Origin: an uncultured Collinsella sp.
GTDB lineage: Bacteria; Actinomycetota; Coriobacteriia; Coriobacteriales; Coriobacteriaceae
Reading direction: 5' to 3'
Assembly: GCA_900553705.1 (NCBI GenBank)
Contig: USEK01000001.1
Span: 1-48,683 of the forward strand
DNA length: 48,683 nt
This document shows, piece by piece, positions 9,896 to 19,097 of the stretch. Positions within the stretch are counted from its first letter, which is position 1; every line of letters starts with the position of its first letter. The notes under the pieces are model-generated. The model was not told the DNA's origin. It saw only the letters and a list, made by a program, of their open reading frames with translations, and ran no database searches. The position numbers were made by a program, and so were the translations under genes.

Positions 9896-10270
9896 ATGAG
9901 TGAGCAGAACGCCAACCCGGTAGAGCTCTTTGGTATGCGCGTTGCCCATGTGGGCATTAACGCCACCGACCCGGCAGACGCCCTGGAGATCGCGGAGCTG
10001 TTCTCGACGATGATGGGCCTGCCCGTCATCGAGACCCCGGTTTCGTACTTTAACGATTCGCTGGTCGAGATCATGAAGCAGAACGGTCGTGGCACCAAGG
10101 GCCACATCGGCTTTGCCGTTAACGACATCGATGCAGCTGAGAAGTGGTTTGCCGAGCGCGGGCTCGAGGTCAACGAAGAGTCGCGCGCGCTGCTGCCCGA
10201 CGGTGGTACCAAGCTCGTGTACTTTAAGCGCGAGTTCGCCGGTTTCGCCGTGCACCTGTGCCGCGAGTAG
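9896..10270 (+). CDS. VOC/glyoxalase-fold protein
   Basis: VAHVGIN and GHIGFAVNDIDAA motifs. Confidence 0.75.
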   Translation: MSEQNANPVELFGMRVAHVGINATDPADALEIAELFSTMMGLPVIETPVSYFNDSLVEIMKQNGRGTKGHIGFAVNDIDAAEKWFAERGLEVNEESRALLPDGGTKLVYFKREFAGFAVHLCRE

Positions 10271-10292
10271 CGCACAAGCTGCCATAGCTGGC

Positions 10293-10330
10293 AAAAAGGG
10301 ATAGGGCCGCGTGGCCCTATCCCTTTATTT
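10293..10330. terminator. Bidirectional intrinsic terminator
   Basis: aaaaagggatagggcc-gcgt-ggccctatcccttt between convergent genes. Confidence 0.8.
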
Positions 10331-11641
10331 ATGCCGAGGGGCTTCCTGCCGCGGCAGGCGAATCGTAAAGCGGCTGCCGACCCCTTCGACCGAGGTCACA
10401 CCGATGACGCCGCCGTGGCTGTCGACGATCCACTTGGCGATCGCAAGCCCCAGACCCGAACCCTGTGCGCCGGCATCGCGCGCGTTGTCGGCACGGTAGA
10501 ACCGCTCGAACGCGTGAGCTGCGGATTCCTGGTTCATGCCGATGCCCTCGTCCTCAACACTTATGTCGATCGTGCCCGCGCCCGCATCCGGCGTTATGCC
10601 AAATGTGACGGTCGTTCCCGCATCCGAGTACTTGGCGGCGTTTTGCACGATCACGCGCAGAGCCTGCTTCACGAGCGCCACGTCGACGGGCGCGTCGCAG
10701 CGCGGGTCGCTGGCAAGCGCAGCGTCAGAAGCCAGCCGATACGTGTGCTCGGTATCGATCATCTGCGATTCTTCGCATACCTCGCTGACCAGTGCAGCCA
10801 AGTTGGTATGCGCGCGCCGCAGGACCGTGCGCCCGGCATCGCCGCGCGCCAAAAACAGCAGCTGCTCCACAAGCTCTTGCATGTGCTCGCTTTCGGCTTT
10901 AAGGGACGCGATGGACTCCGCCAGCACGTCCGGGTCGTCCTTACCCCAGCGGTCGAGCATGTTCACGTAGCCCTGAATCACCGCGATGGGCGTGCGCAGC
11001 TCGTGGCTCGCGTCGTTGACAAAGCGCATCTGCTGCAGCTTGGCCTCTTGCATCTGGCGCAGTAGGCGATTGAGTGCAACCTCGATGCTTGCCAGGTCGG
11101 CGTCGCCGGTAGTGACGCTCGGCGAGTCGACGCTTGCGCGCTCGATGGCCTGCTCCAGTGTTTCCATTTTGCCGCCGGCGAGTTGCATGCGGCCGAGTTC
11201 GTCCACGCGCAGGGCCAGATCGTTGAGCGGCGCCATGGTGCGGCGCACGCGGCGGGCGCCGCCGAGCATATCGAGCATGCTGATGACCTGCCAACCTACA
11301 ACAACGATATAGAGGGGCCAAAGTGCGATGAGGTCCTGCGCGAGGGGGAAGGTCTTGGTGGTACGCGCAAGCTCGACGGTATAGGTGAGCGTTGTCAGGT
11401 CCCAGCCGCGCGCGGGCTTCAGCGACATGCCGCGAACGGTGGCGCCGGGGATCCATCCTGCGGTAAACGCGCTGTCGGGCAGTGTCTGGTTGTATCCATA
11501 GACGAGGATCGCCGCCGCAATCACCATCAGCAGCAGATCGAGCCAGACGTAGCTTATCAGGCGGCGCCACATATAGCTCCAGTTGATGGCACGGGCGATG
11601 GAGGTGACGCGTTTGGCCTCGGCGTTACGCACGGCAGACAT
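10325..11641 (-). CDS. Sensor histidine kinase (HisKA)
   Basis: Two TMs, DASHELRTP H-box, N box, DEGIG and GSGLGLAI. Confidence 0.95.
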   Translation of the reverse strand: MSAVRNAEAKRVTSIARAINWSYMWRRLISYVWLDLLLMVIAAAILVYGYNQTLPDSAFTAGWIPGATVRGMSLKPARGWDLTTLTYTVELARTTKTFPLAQDLIALWPLYIVVVGWQVISMLDMLGGARRVRRTMAPLNDLALRVDELGRMQLAGGKMETLEQAIERASVDSPSVTTGDADLASIEVALNRLLRQMQEAKLQQMRFVNDASHELRTPIAVIQGYVNMLDRWGKDDPDVLAESIASLKAESEHMQELVEQLLFLARGDAGRTVLRRAHTNLAALVSEVCEESQMIDTEHTYRLASDAALASDPRCDAPVDVALVKQALRVIVQNAAKYSDAGTTVTFGITPDAGAGTIDISVEDEGIGMNQESAAHAFERFYRADNARDAGAQGSGLGLAIAKWIVDSHGGVIGVTSVEGVGSRFTIRLPRQEAPRHK

Positions 11642-12404
11642 AGCCCACCCCGCGCACGGTCTGGATGATGCGGGCGCTGCCGGCGTCTTCGATCTTGGCG
11701 CGCAGGTGCGCGATGTGCACGTCGACGTTGTTGGTGTCGCCTACGTATTCGTAGCCCAGCGCCTCGTGCGCGATGCGCTCGCGCGTGAGCACGCTGCCGG
11801 CGTGCGCCATAAGCAGGGCGAGGACATCGAACTCGCGGGCCGTGAGCGCGATGGGTGAGCCGCCGACCGTGACTTCGCGGCGATCGGGATCGAGCACGAC
11901 CGAACCCGCGGCGAGCGTGGCGGGGGAGAGCGAGGCGGAAACCTGGGTCGAGTCACTGACCGGGGGCATCGCAGTGGCGCCGACACCCGTGCCGCCTGCC
12001 GCGCCCGTCCCGATGCCGCCAACGCCCGAAGCCGCCCGCACGGCCTCCGAGCGCTTCAACGCCACGCGGATCCGTGCGAACAGCTCCTCAATCGCAAACG
12101 GCTTGGTCAGGTAATCGTCGGCGCCGGCATCGAGCCCGGCCACCTTGTCCATCACGGCATCGCGCGCGGTGACCATTATCACCGGCACATCCTTGTGCTT
12201 GCGGACGCGCCGCAGGACCTCCATGCCGTTGAGCTGCGGCAACAGCACATCGAGCAGAATAAGATCGTAGTTGCGCTCCAGCGCCAGGTCCACGGCGGTG
12301 CGGCCATCGGCGGCGTGTTCCACCTGGTAGCCCTCGTGCTCCAGCTCGAGCGTCACAAAGCGGGCGATTTTCTCCTCGTCCTCTACGATCAGGATCCGTG
12401 CCAT
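11625..12404 (-). CDS. OmpR-family response regulator
   Basis: ILIVEDE, LLDVLLP, GADDYLTKPF, wHTH ending TVRGVGY; ~35-aa low-complexity linker insert. Confidence 0.96.
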   Translation of the reverse strand: MARILIVEDEEKIARFVTLELEHEGYQVEHAADGRTAVDLALERNYDLILLDVLLPQLNGMEVLRRVRKHKDVPVIMVTARDAVMDKVAGLDAGADDYLTKPFAIEELFARIRVALKRSEAVRAASGVGGIGTGAAGGTGVGATAMPPVSDSTQVSASLSPATLAAGSVVLDPDRREVTVGGSPIALTAREFDVLALLMAHAGSVLTRERIAHEALGYEYVGDTNNVDVHIAHLRAKIEDAGSARIIQTVRGVGYVCRA

Positions 12405-12422
12405 GCGTGCCCCCGTCTGCGA

Positions 12423-12965
12423 TTACTTGTCGTCGTTCAGATTTTGCTTGATGTCGTCCGCGGCATCGGCGGCGTGATTCATAAGGTTGTTGATACTGCC
12501 GGGCACGTCGCCGTCGCTGTCGATGCGGTAGCGCATGCCAAAGAACAGGCCAATCAGCATCAGCCAAATCGTAGCGCCCCAGGCAAACAGGGCGATGATG
12601 GGGATCAGGATGGGGATGTTGAGGATGATCGCATCGCGGCGCGTGGCGATAAACTTGGTGTCCAGGCTCAGGCGGAAGAGCTTTTTGAGGTACTCCCATA
12701 CGCTGTCCATCTTCTTGGAGAAGTCGGTCTTTTCGCTCGACTTCTCGTAGGCGGCCTGCGCGGCGACCATCTCGGCTGAGGGCTCATCGACTGGCGCGGA
12801 CTCGGTGGCGGCGTGCGCCGACGTGGTCTGGGTCTTGCCTTGCGACTCGAGCCAAATGATGGCGTCCAAAACGTTGCCGTCGGCGGCGTCGAGCGCGGCT
12901 TTGGCATCGGTGTAGCTCACGTTGCACTTGGTGCGGATGGTTTCAACTTTTTCGAGGTCGTCCAT
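12423..12965 (-). CDS. UBA/TS-N-like plus DUF4342-like membrane protein
   Basis: N-terminal VSYTDAKAALDAADGNVLDAII UBA-like helices; C-terminal hydrophobic segment. Confidence 0.7.
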   Translation of the reverse strand: MDDLEKVETIRTKCNVSYTDAKAALDAADGNVLDAIIWLESQGKTQTTSAHAATESAPVDEPSAEMVAAQAAYEKSSEKTDFSKKMDSVWEYLKKLFRLSLDTKFIATRRDAIILNIPILIPIIALFAWGATIWLMLIGLFFGMRYRIDSDGDVPGSINNLMNHAADAADDIKQNLNDDK

Positions 12966-13088
12966 GACCTGTCCTTTCGTTCGATGGGCGCGACGCCGGG
13001 CGATCTGCCCGGGCGCGAGCGTTGCGTTCGGCGGCCTGCGTTGCGCGGCGCCGCCCCGCCCTTGGTCGAACTCTATAGTGCAGGTTAT

Positions 13089-13117
13089 AGATTAAGCGAT
13101 TCTTGAGCCAAGATTAA
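13089..13117 (-). promoter_or_regulatory. Candidate OmpR-family tandem binding site
   Basis: Minus strand TTAATCT-N4-TCAAGAA-N4-TTAATCT (11-bp period) just upstream of a TAGAGT -10 candidate. Confidence 0.4.
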
Positions 13118-13323
13118 CGTTGGATGAGTTTTTGGGTAGCGGTGGGAAAAGTATTAGACCTCGATAGCGGGGGATGTGGTGCCGGTGCAAAACGGCGTCA
13201 AAGGTTGGTCGAGCAGGCGGTTTCTCCATTGATGTCCGCACAGCATGTGACACTTACCCTGCCGCCCCGCTCTGCCGCGGCGGCATGCGTCTGAACAACG
13301 ACCCTCTAAGGAGTTCGATACCG

Positions 13324-13563
13324 ATGAGTGACAACGCAAAGCATCTCGCAAAGAAGTGCGTAAAGGACGCGGGGCCGTGCCTCGCGCTGTGCGTAGCCGG
13401 CGCAGCGGTCGCGCTGCTGGCTGTTCTGGGGCCGTTCGACGTGCTCCGAAGTGCCAGCTTTCTGCATGTTTGCATGGCTCTTGCCGGCGCCACGATGACC
13501 GGCGGCGTGCTCGATCTGATCTTTTGGGTGTTTGACCCGTTTGGATGGAAGAGCGAGGGGTAG
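13324..13563 (+). CDS. Small hypothetical two-TM membrane protein
   Basis: AAGGAG SD; 79 aa with two hydrophobic segments. Confidence 0.55.
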   Translation: MSDNAKHLAKKCVKDAGPCLALCVAGAAVALLAVLGPFDVLRSASFLHVCMALAGATMTGGVLDLIFWVFDPFGWKSEG

Positions 13564-13648
13564 GTCCCAAAGGATGGAAGGGCTGGAACGGTTGACTTAG
13601 TGATCGTGCAGAATGTGGGCTAGCGACTTACAGGGAAGTGGTGATCCG

Positions 13649-14374
13649 ATGACGGTCTATGTGACGGGCGATATTCACGGCGGCGTCGACATGCAAAAGC
13701 TTCGCGACTGGGATCTTGGGGATGGTCTGACAAGTGACGACTATCTCATCATCGCGGGCGACTTTGGCTTTCCGTGGGATTTCTCTGCCGAGGAATGTGC
13801 CGACATCGCCTGGCTGGAGTCGCGCCCCTATACCGTGCTGTTTGTCGACGGCAACCACGAGCGTTTCGATCACTGGTCGGAGCGCCCCATGGAGCTGTGG
13901 CACGGCGGCCTGACGCAGCGTCTGTCGGACACCTCGCCCATCCGACGCCTGACGCGCGGTGAGGTTTTTGAGCTCGACGGCTCAACGATCTTTACCATGG
14001 GCGGCGCCACGAGCGTGGATAAGGAATACCGCATTCCGTATTCCAGCTGGTGGCCGCAGGAGCTGCCGGACGAGCGCAACTTTGAGGAGGCGCGGGCAAA
14101 GCTCGACAGCGTGGGCTGGAAGGTCGACTACGTGATCACCCACACCTGCTCCACGCGCATGCTTTCGCCCACGCTCTATCCGGTACCCGGCTGGAATTAC
14201 CCCGCCGTTGATCGGCTTACGGCATTTTTCGATGAGCTGGAAGACCACTTGGATTACAAACGCTGGTACTACGGGCATTTCCATCGGGATGCCAACCCGG
14301 CCGAACGCCACACCGTGCTCTACGACTGCATCGTTCGCCTGGGTGACGAACTCCAGCCTTGGGATGTTGCGTAG
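13649..14374 (+). CDS. Calcineurin-like metallophosphoesterase
   Basis: GDIHG, GDFG, DGNHE, ITHT and GHFH motifs. Confidence 0.88.
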   Translation: MTVYVTGDIHGGVDMQKLRDWDLGDGLTSDDYLIIAGDFGFPWDFSAEECADIAWLESRPYTVLFVDGNHERFDHWSERPMELWHGGLTQRLSDTSPIRRLTRGEVFELDGSTIFTMGGATSVDKEYRIPYSSWWPQELPDERNFEEARAKLDSVGWKVDYVITHTCSTRMLSPTLYPVPGWNYPAVDRLTAFFDELEDHLDYKRWYYGHFHRDANPAERHTVLYDCIVRLGDELQPWDVA

Positions 14375-14426
14375 GGGCGCAGACGCATGAGCTTCGTGGC
14401 GAACCAAAACCGATTTGTTAAGGGAT

Positions 14427-15608
14427 TTACTCCCAAGCCGGCTTGCGCTCGAGCAACGTTTTCGCAGCGTCAGGCGTGGGAGAGTCAAGTATTTCGCAGA
14501 ACTCATCGAACCCCTCTGGCGAAAGCTGGGTTGTTGATACTTTGGCAATGTCGCTATCGAGGTGCTCGTCAGGGTGGGCTGTCGTCTGTTGCATGCCTGT
14601 CCTTCCATCCATAACGATGTTCTCCCGGTGCGCGCGGATGACATCCCAGCCAAAGTGCTCGACCAACTGCTCGGCGGTACGCGGCGTGGTGTCCGGCGCG
14701 ATGCCCGTTTGCCCGGCGAGCCAGCCCAGCAGTGCCTCGGGCGTGCCAAACCGGGCGCGTAGTTCGCCCAGGTCCAGATCGCGGTCGCGCTTGGAAAGGC
14801 GGCGGCCGTCCGGCGACATGAGCAGCGGAATGTGCGCGTAGTGCGGCGTGGGAAGTCCCAGCAGATGCTGCAGGTAGATTTGGCGCGGCGTGGAGCCCAG
14901 CAGGTCGCATCCGCGCACGACCTCGGTGACGCCCATGGCGGCGTCATCGACCACCACGGCTAGCTGATAGGCAAACACGCCGTCGCTGCGGCGCACCAAA
15001 AAGTCGCCGCATTCGGTGGCGAGCGCCTCGCATTGGGCACCATACGTGCGGTCCACAAATTCGACCACATCGTCTGCGAGGTCGTCGACGGCGGGCACGC
15101 GCAGGCGCGTGGCCGGAGCGCGCAGGATGCTGCGGCGGGCAACCTCCTCGGCAGAAAGGCCTCGGCAGGCGCCGCGATAGATGGGCGTGCCGTCGCTGGC
15201 GTGCGGTGCGCTCGCGGCGTGGAGCTCGGCGCGCGTGCAAAAGCAGGGGTAGGTGAGGCCGGCGTCTTGCAGCTGGTGCAGGGCGTCCTCGTACAAGTCC
15301 AGGCGATCGTGCTGGTAGTAGGGGCCTTCGTCCCACTCAAGCCCCAGCCAGGCCAGGTCGTCAATCAGTTGAGCGGCAAGTTCCGGACGCTTGCAGCGAT
15401 CGTCCAGGTCCTCGATGCGCAGTACGATGCGGCCGTCCTGCCTGCGGGCCGAAAGCCACGCGCACAGGCAACTGAACACGTTGCCCAAGTGCATGCGGCC
15501 CGAGGGCGACGGGGCAAAGCGGCCCACGACGGGCGCGGGGGCAGAGGCGGGCGGCATCGCTGGCGCGTCCGCGGCGTGTGTTGCTATGTTGCGTGCGTTG
15601 ATATCCAT
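14427..15608 (-). CDS. gluQ: tRNA glutamyl-Q(34) synthetase GluQ with C-terminal DUF1778-like extension
   Basis: RFAPSPSGRMHLGN, LRIEDLD, YPCFCTR, YQLAVVVDD and RLSKR motifs, no anticodon domain; TATACT 7 nt before ATG suggests leaderless mRNA. Confidence 0.9.
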   Translation of the reverse strand: MDINARNIATHAADAPAMPPASAPAPVVGRFAPSPSGRMHLGNVFSCLCAWLSARRQDGRIVLRIEDLDDRCKRPELAAQLIDDLAWLGLEWDEGPYYQHDRLDLYEDALHQLQDAGLTYPCFCTRAELHAASAPHASDGTPIYRGACRGLSAEEVARRSILRAPATRLRVPAVDDLADDVVEFVDRTYGAQCEALATECGDFLVRRSDGVFAYQLAVVVDDAAMGVTEVVRGCDLLGSTPRQIYLQHLLGLPTPHYAHIPLLMSPDGRRLSKRDRDLDLGELRARFGTPEALLGWLAGQTGIAPDTTPRTAEQLVEHFGWDVIRAHRENIVMDGRTGMQQTTAHPDEHLDSDIAKVSTTQLSPEGFDEFCEILDSPTPDAAKTLLERKPAWE

Positions 15609-15745
15609 GCGGACGAGTATAGCGCGGGGCGCGGTGGGGGAGACGCTGCCGTGGCCTGCAAGTTGCCGAGGCCGCGCGTTGCGCGTGCCGGACCACCGGC
15701 TCGACAGCTCGATCGCCGCCCGCCAGCCCAACCCCTCAAACGACA

Positions 15746-15781
15746 GAAACCCCGGCAGCTCTTCGCAACTGCCGGGGTTTC
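15746..15781. terminator. Terminator-like hairpin with no adjacent upstream CDS
   Basis: Perfect 13-bp stem gaaaccccggcag / ctgccggggtttc. Confidence 0.6.
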
Positions 15782-15956
15782 CGCGGAAAAGGGGGACATG
15801 ATCCTCGAGCGGACGGCAAAGGGGCAAACCGTTTTCGCTCAACTGCTTTATGCCCCTCGGCTGGCGGCTCAATCAGCGTATGCCGCGCCCACACAAAGCC
15901 GCTACACCTGTGACGGAGCTGTGAAGTGGTATCTATCGTTGGTGCAGGCCACGCCA

Positions 15957-16003
15957 AGGAGTGTCCCCAACGACTAGTCATTTAAGAACGTCCCCAATGA
16001 CTA
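15957..16003 (+). repeat. Family A repeat, solo copy
   Basis: 44/47 identical to 1787-1833. Confidence 0.92.
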
Positions 16004-16124
16004 GCTGCTGGCGGCGGGCGTGACTTTCATCCCGTTTGGCGCTCCGGTCGCCTAGATATTCGTCATGTGCGCCCGTAAACGTGGGACAATGACGCTGTTG
16101 GTATCACAGACAAAGGATGTGCCT

Positions 16125-18041
16125 ATGAACGCCCCCGTTGCCCAGCCCTGTCGGCAGCGCCGCCTGTTTGCGCGATTCGCTTCCGTCTGCGCACTCGTCG
16201 CGCTTGCGTTGTTGCTGCTGCCTGCCGCCGCGCACGCCGACGGCTACTCCATGAGCCAAACCTACATCGGCGCCACGGTTGAGGCCGATGGATCGCTGAC
16301 CGTTGTCGAGGGACGCCAGTTCGATTTCGACGACGACATCAACGGCGTGTTTTGGGAGATCAATACGGGCACCAACCAGCAGGGCGGCACGGCGGGCGTC
16401 GACGTTCTGAGTGTCGAGGAAGAGGACACCGCGTTTAACAGGGTCGATAGCGCGAACAAGGGCGACTCTGGCGTCTATATGGTTGAGCAGTCCGACGGCG
16501 GCGTAAAGATCAAGGTTTTTAGCCCCCACGAGAGCGGCGACAGCGTGATCTTCTACGTGAGCTACACCATGACTGGTGCGGTTATGAACTGGGCCGACAC
16601 CGCCGAGCTCTATTGGAAATTTGTGGGTGACGGCTGGTCTGCGGATTCCGACGATGTCGAGATGGAAGTGTACTTCGCAAATGCTGCTGCCGGGACGGCG
16701 GCCGTCAAGGGCGATAACTTTCGCGCATGGGGCCACGGTCCGCTGACGGGCGATGTGTCACTCGATGAGGACGAGCCCATGGTCACCTATACCATTCCCT
16801 GCGTGCATCAGGGCGAATTCGCCGAGGCGCGCATCGCCTTCCCCAGCGACTGGGTGCCATGGCTTTCCGCTTCAAGTGAGGAGCGCATGTCAACGATCCT
16901 GAGCGAAGAGAAAGAATGGGCCGACGAGGCTAACGCCCGCCGCGCTCACGGTCGCATGATTGCCAATGCACTTGCCGTGCTAAGTGTTGTCGCGGCGGTG
17001 GCCTTTACCGGCACAATCGTTGTGTTCAAGCTGTGTCGCCGCAAGCCCAAGCCGCTTTTCCAGGACGAATATTTCCGCGATGTGCCTTCGGCCGACCATC
17101 CCGCCGTGCTTTCGGCCCTCATGAGCTGGAACGAGGTGCCCGATCAGGCATATATCGCCACGCTCATGAAGCTCACTGACGACCGTGTGATCAAGCTGGA
17201 GCAGGCGACCGTGACCAAGGCTAAGAAGGGCCTGTTGGGGCGTGAAAAAGAAGAGCAGACGTATCGCGTGACGGTGAGTGATGCGGGCTGGAAGTCGGCC
17301 AAGGGCATTGACTGCATGGTGCTCAAGGTCTTCTTTGCCGGTGCTAAGCCCGACGAGAACGGCGATCGCTCGCGCACGTTCGACGAGCTGCAGCACTACG
17401 TCAAGCAGCACGCTACGCCCGTGGGCGACAAGCTCGAGGACTATCAGAACACCGTTAAGGGCAAGCTAGCCGATAGCGAGTACGTTGCCTCGGACGGCAT
17501 TGTCGCAATGGTGCTTTGCCTGGTTCTTGGTATTCTGATCGCCTGTGTTCCCGCGGGGTCCATCTTCTTTACCGACGGCGCACAGGCGAACATTATCGCC
17601 GCGGTTATCTCGGTGCCGATTGTGCTGGTGGGTATTGGCGTGGGCCTTACGTTCCGCCGCTTTACGCCGGAGGGCGCCGAGGTTGCGGCTCGCTGCAAGG
17701 CGCTTAAGCATTGGCTCGAGGATTTCACGCGCCTAAAGGAAGCCGTCCCCGGCGATCTGGTACTGTGGAACAAGCTGCTGGTGATGGGTGTGGCGCTAGG
17801 CGTTTCGAAGGAAGTCCTGCGTCAGCTTGCCGAGGCTGTTCCTCCCGAGGTGCGCGAGGCCGACGGTTTCTACGACAATTACCCCTGCTACTGGTGGTAC
17901 TACCATCATTACGGTATCGATTCGCCGCTCGATTCATTTAACGATGTGTATCACGAGAGCATCCGTGAGCTGGCTTCGAGCTCCGACAGCTCGGGCGGCG
18001 GCGGAGGCGGCGTCGGCGGTGGCGGCGGCGGAACGTTCTAA
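16125..18041 (+). CDS. DUF2207-family membrane protein
   Basis: Signal peptide, DTAELYWKFVG, WGHGPL, several TMs, Ser/Gly-rich C-terminus; AAAGGA SD. Confidence 0.88.
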   Translation: MNAPVAQPCRQRRLFARFASVCALVALALLLLPAAAHADGYSMSQTYIGATVEADGSLTVVEGRQFDFDDDINGVFWEINTGTNQQGGTAGVDVLSVEEEDTAFNRVDSANKGDSGVYMVEQSDGGVKIKVFSPHESGDSVIFYVSYTMTGAVMNWADTAELYWKFVGDGWSADSDDVEMEVYFANAAAGTAAVKGDNFRAWGHGPLTGDVSLDEDEPMVTYTIPCVHQGEFAEARIAFPSDWVPWLSASSEERMSTILSEEKEWADEANARRAHGRMIANALAVLSVVAAVAFTGTIVVFKLCRRKPKPLFQDEYFRDVPSADHPAVLSALMSWNEVPDQAYIATLMKLTDDRVIKLEQATVTKAKKGLLGREKEEQTYRVTVSDAGWKSAKGIDCMVLKVFFAGAKPDENGDRSRTFDELQHYVKQHATPVGDKLEDYQNTVKGKLADSEYVASDGIVAMVLCLVLGILIACVPAGSIFFTDGAQANIIAAVISVPIVLVGIGVGLTFRRFTPEGAEVAARCKALKHWLEDFTRLKEAVPGDLVLWNKLLVMGVALGVSKEVLRQLAEAVPPEVREADGFYDNYPCYWWYYHHYGIDSPLDSFNDVYHESIRELASSSDSSGGGGGGVGGGGGGTF

Positions 18042-18055
18042 CGGTCGTAAGCTAT

Positions 18056-18097
18056 GGGATGGGCTTTTCTCGACAGCCGTCGGGGAAAGCCCATCCC
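18056..18097. terminator. Hairpin terminator between convergent genes
   Basis: gggatgggcttt / aaagcccatccc stem. Confidence 0.65.
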
Positions 18098-18116
18098 CGT
18101 TTATGCGCTACCTACG

Positions 18117-18163
18117 AAGACTGTCCCCAGCGACTAGTCATTTAAGACTGTCCCCAACGACTA
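18117..18163 (+). repeat. Family A repeat, solo copy
   Basis: aagactgtccccagcgactagtcattt-aagactgtccccaacgacta: 1.7 tandem copies of a 27-bp unit. Confidence 0.9.
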
Positions 18164-18179
18164 GGTATGGCTGCTGGGC

Positions 18180-18821
18180 CTAGACGGTTAGGTCCAGTTC
18201 GTAGAGGAAGCTTTCGCGCGGCATGGCGTGGCGGCGTTCCTCGCGGTTGGCGCGGTGCGTGGCGGTGCGCTTAAAGCCGTGCAGTTCGTAGAACTTCCAC
18301 GAGCAGTTGGAGTCGGTGTACAGGTGTGCGCTGGTCGCCCCGCGCGAGGACAGATGCGAGATTGCGGCGTCGAGCAGAACCGTGCCAACGCCCAGGCCGT
18401 GGACATCGCGATCCACGGCAAGCAGCGTGACCTCGTTGTCGTGCGGCAGCGGGCTGCTCTCGAGCAGGCGGTTGTTGGTTCGGATGGTTGTGCGCACAAA
18501 CGAGAGATACTCGGCGCACGACTCGGGTTCTAGCTCACGCATCTGCGACAGCAGTGCACGCTCAGTATCCATCCAATGTTCGTTGATAGTGACGCCGGAG
18601 CTCTGTCCTGCGCGTGCAAGCGCAATGCCGCGCGCCTGACCGTCGATTACGGCAACCTGCGAAAACGTCGATGAAGAAAGGCAGTAGGCAAGATCGCACG
18701 CGGCCTCAAGGCGGTTGTACTCATCGTTATCCGAGTTGTTGTGCCAAAGCTGCTGCAAGATCAGCGCGATGGCGTCGAAATCTTCGGTATCAAACGGTCG
18801 GTAGAGAACCCGCGAGACCAT
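18180..18821 (-). CDS. GNAT family N-acetyltransferase
   Basis: LLAVDRDVHGLGVGTVLL AcCoA motif; LYTDSNCSWKFYELHGF. Confidence 0.88.
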   Translation of the reverse strand: MVSRVLYRPFDTEDFDAIALILQQLWHNNSDNDEYNRLEAACDLAYCLSSSTFSQVAVIDGQARGIALARAGQSSGVTINEHWMDTERALLSQMRELEPESCAEYLSFVRTTIRTNNRLLESSPLPHDNEVTLLAVDRDVHGLGVGTVLLDAAISHLSSRGATSAHLYTDSNCSWKFYELHGFKRTATHRANREERRHAMPRESFLYELDLTV

Positions 18822-19097
18822 GGTGCCTCTTTCTATTGCGGATGCATATCGAGCACAGTTCTACCACGCCGTTGGCATCTAATTATGGTGCCCCTGTGTT
18901 CCATCAACTCACCGTGCCCAGTGGCGCTCCTGCAACCCCCGCTCGAAGCTTTTTCTGCACAGCCGCGCGTTGCGGGGTGCATCGTCGCGCTCGATGCGCT
19001 ACATTAAATCAGTATTTTCAATGCCGCTGCGCGAGCGCTGCAGATCGACGTATCACCGACTCACAGAGCACGGCGGCGTACCAGACAGGAGGACTGC

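Noticed and set aside
15820..15860. c-di-GMP-I riboswitch (GGCAAACC)
   Set aside because: The GNRA-capped P2 and downstream GCAAAGC elements are missing.
18180..18821. GNAT as the cognate toxin of the DUF1778-like fragment
   Set aside because: It lies 3.6 kb away, is not co-transcribed, is longer than TacT/AtaT toxins and lacks their N-terminal F.CG...L pattern.
18822..19097. ZMP/ZTP riboswitch upstream of purH
   Set aside because: The conserved GACTGGCG and CGCCTGGG elements are not present.
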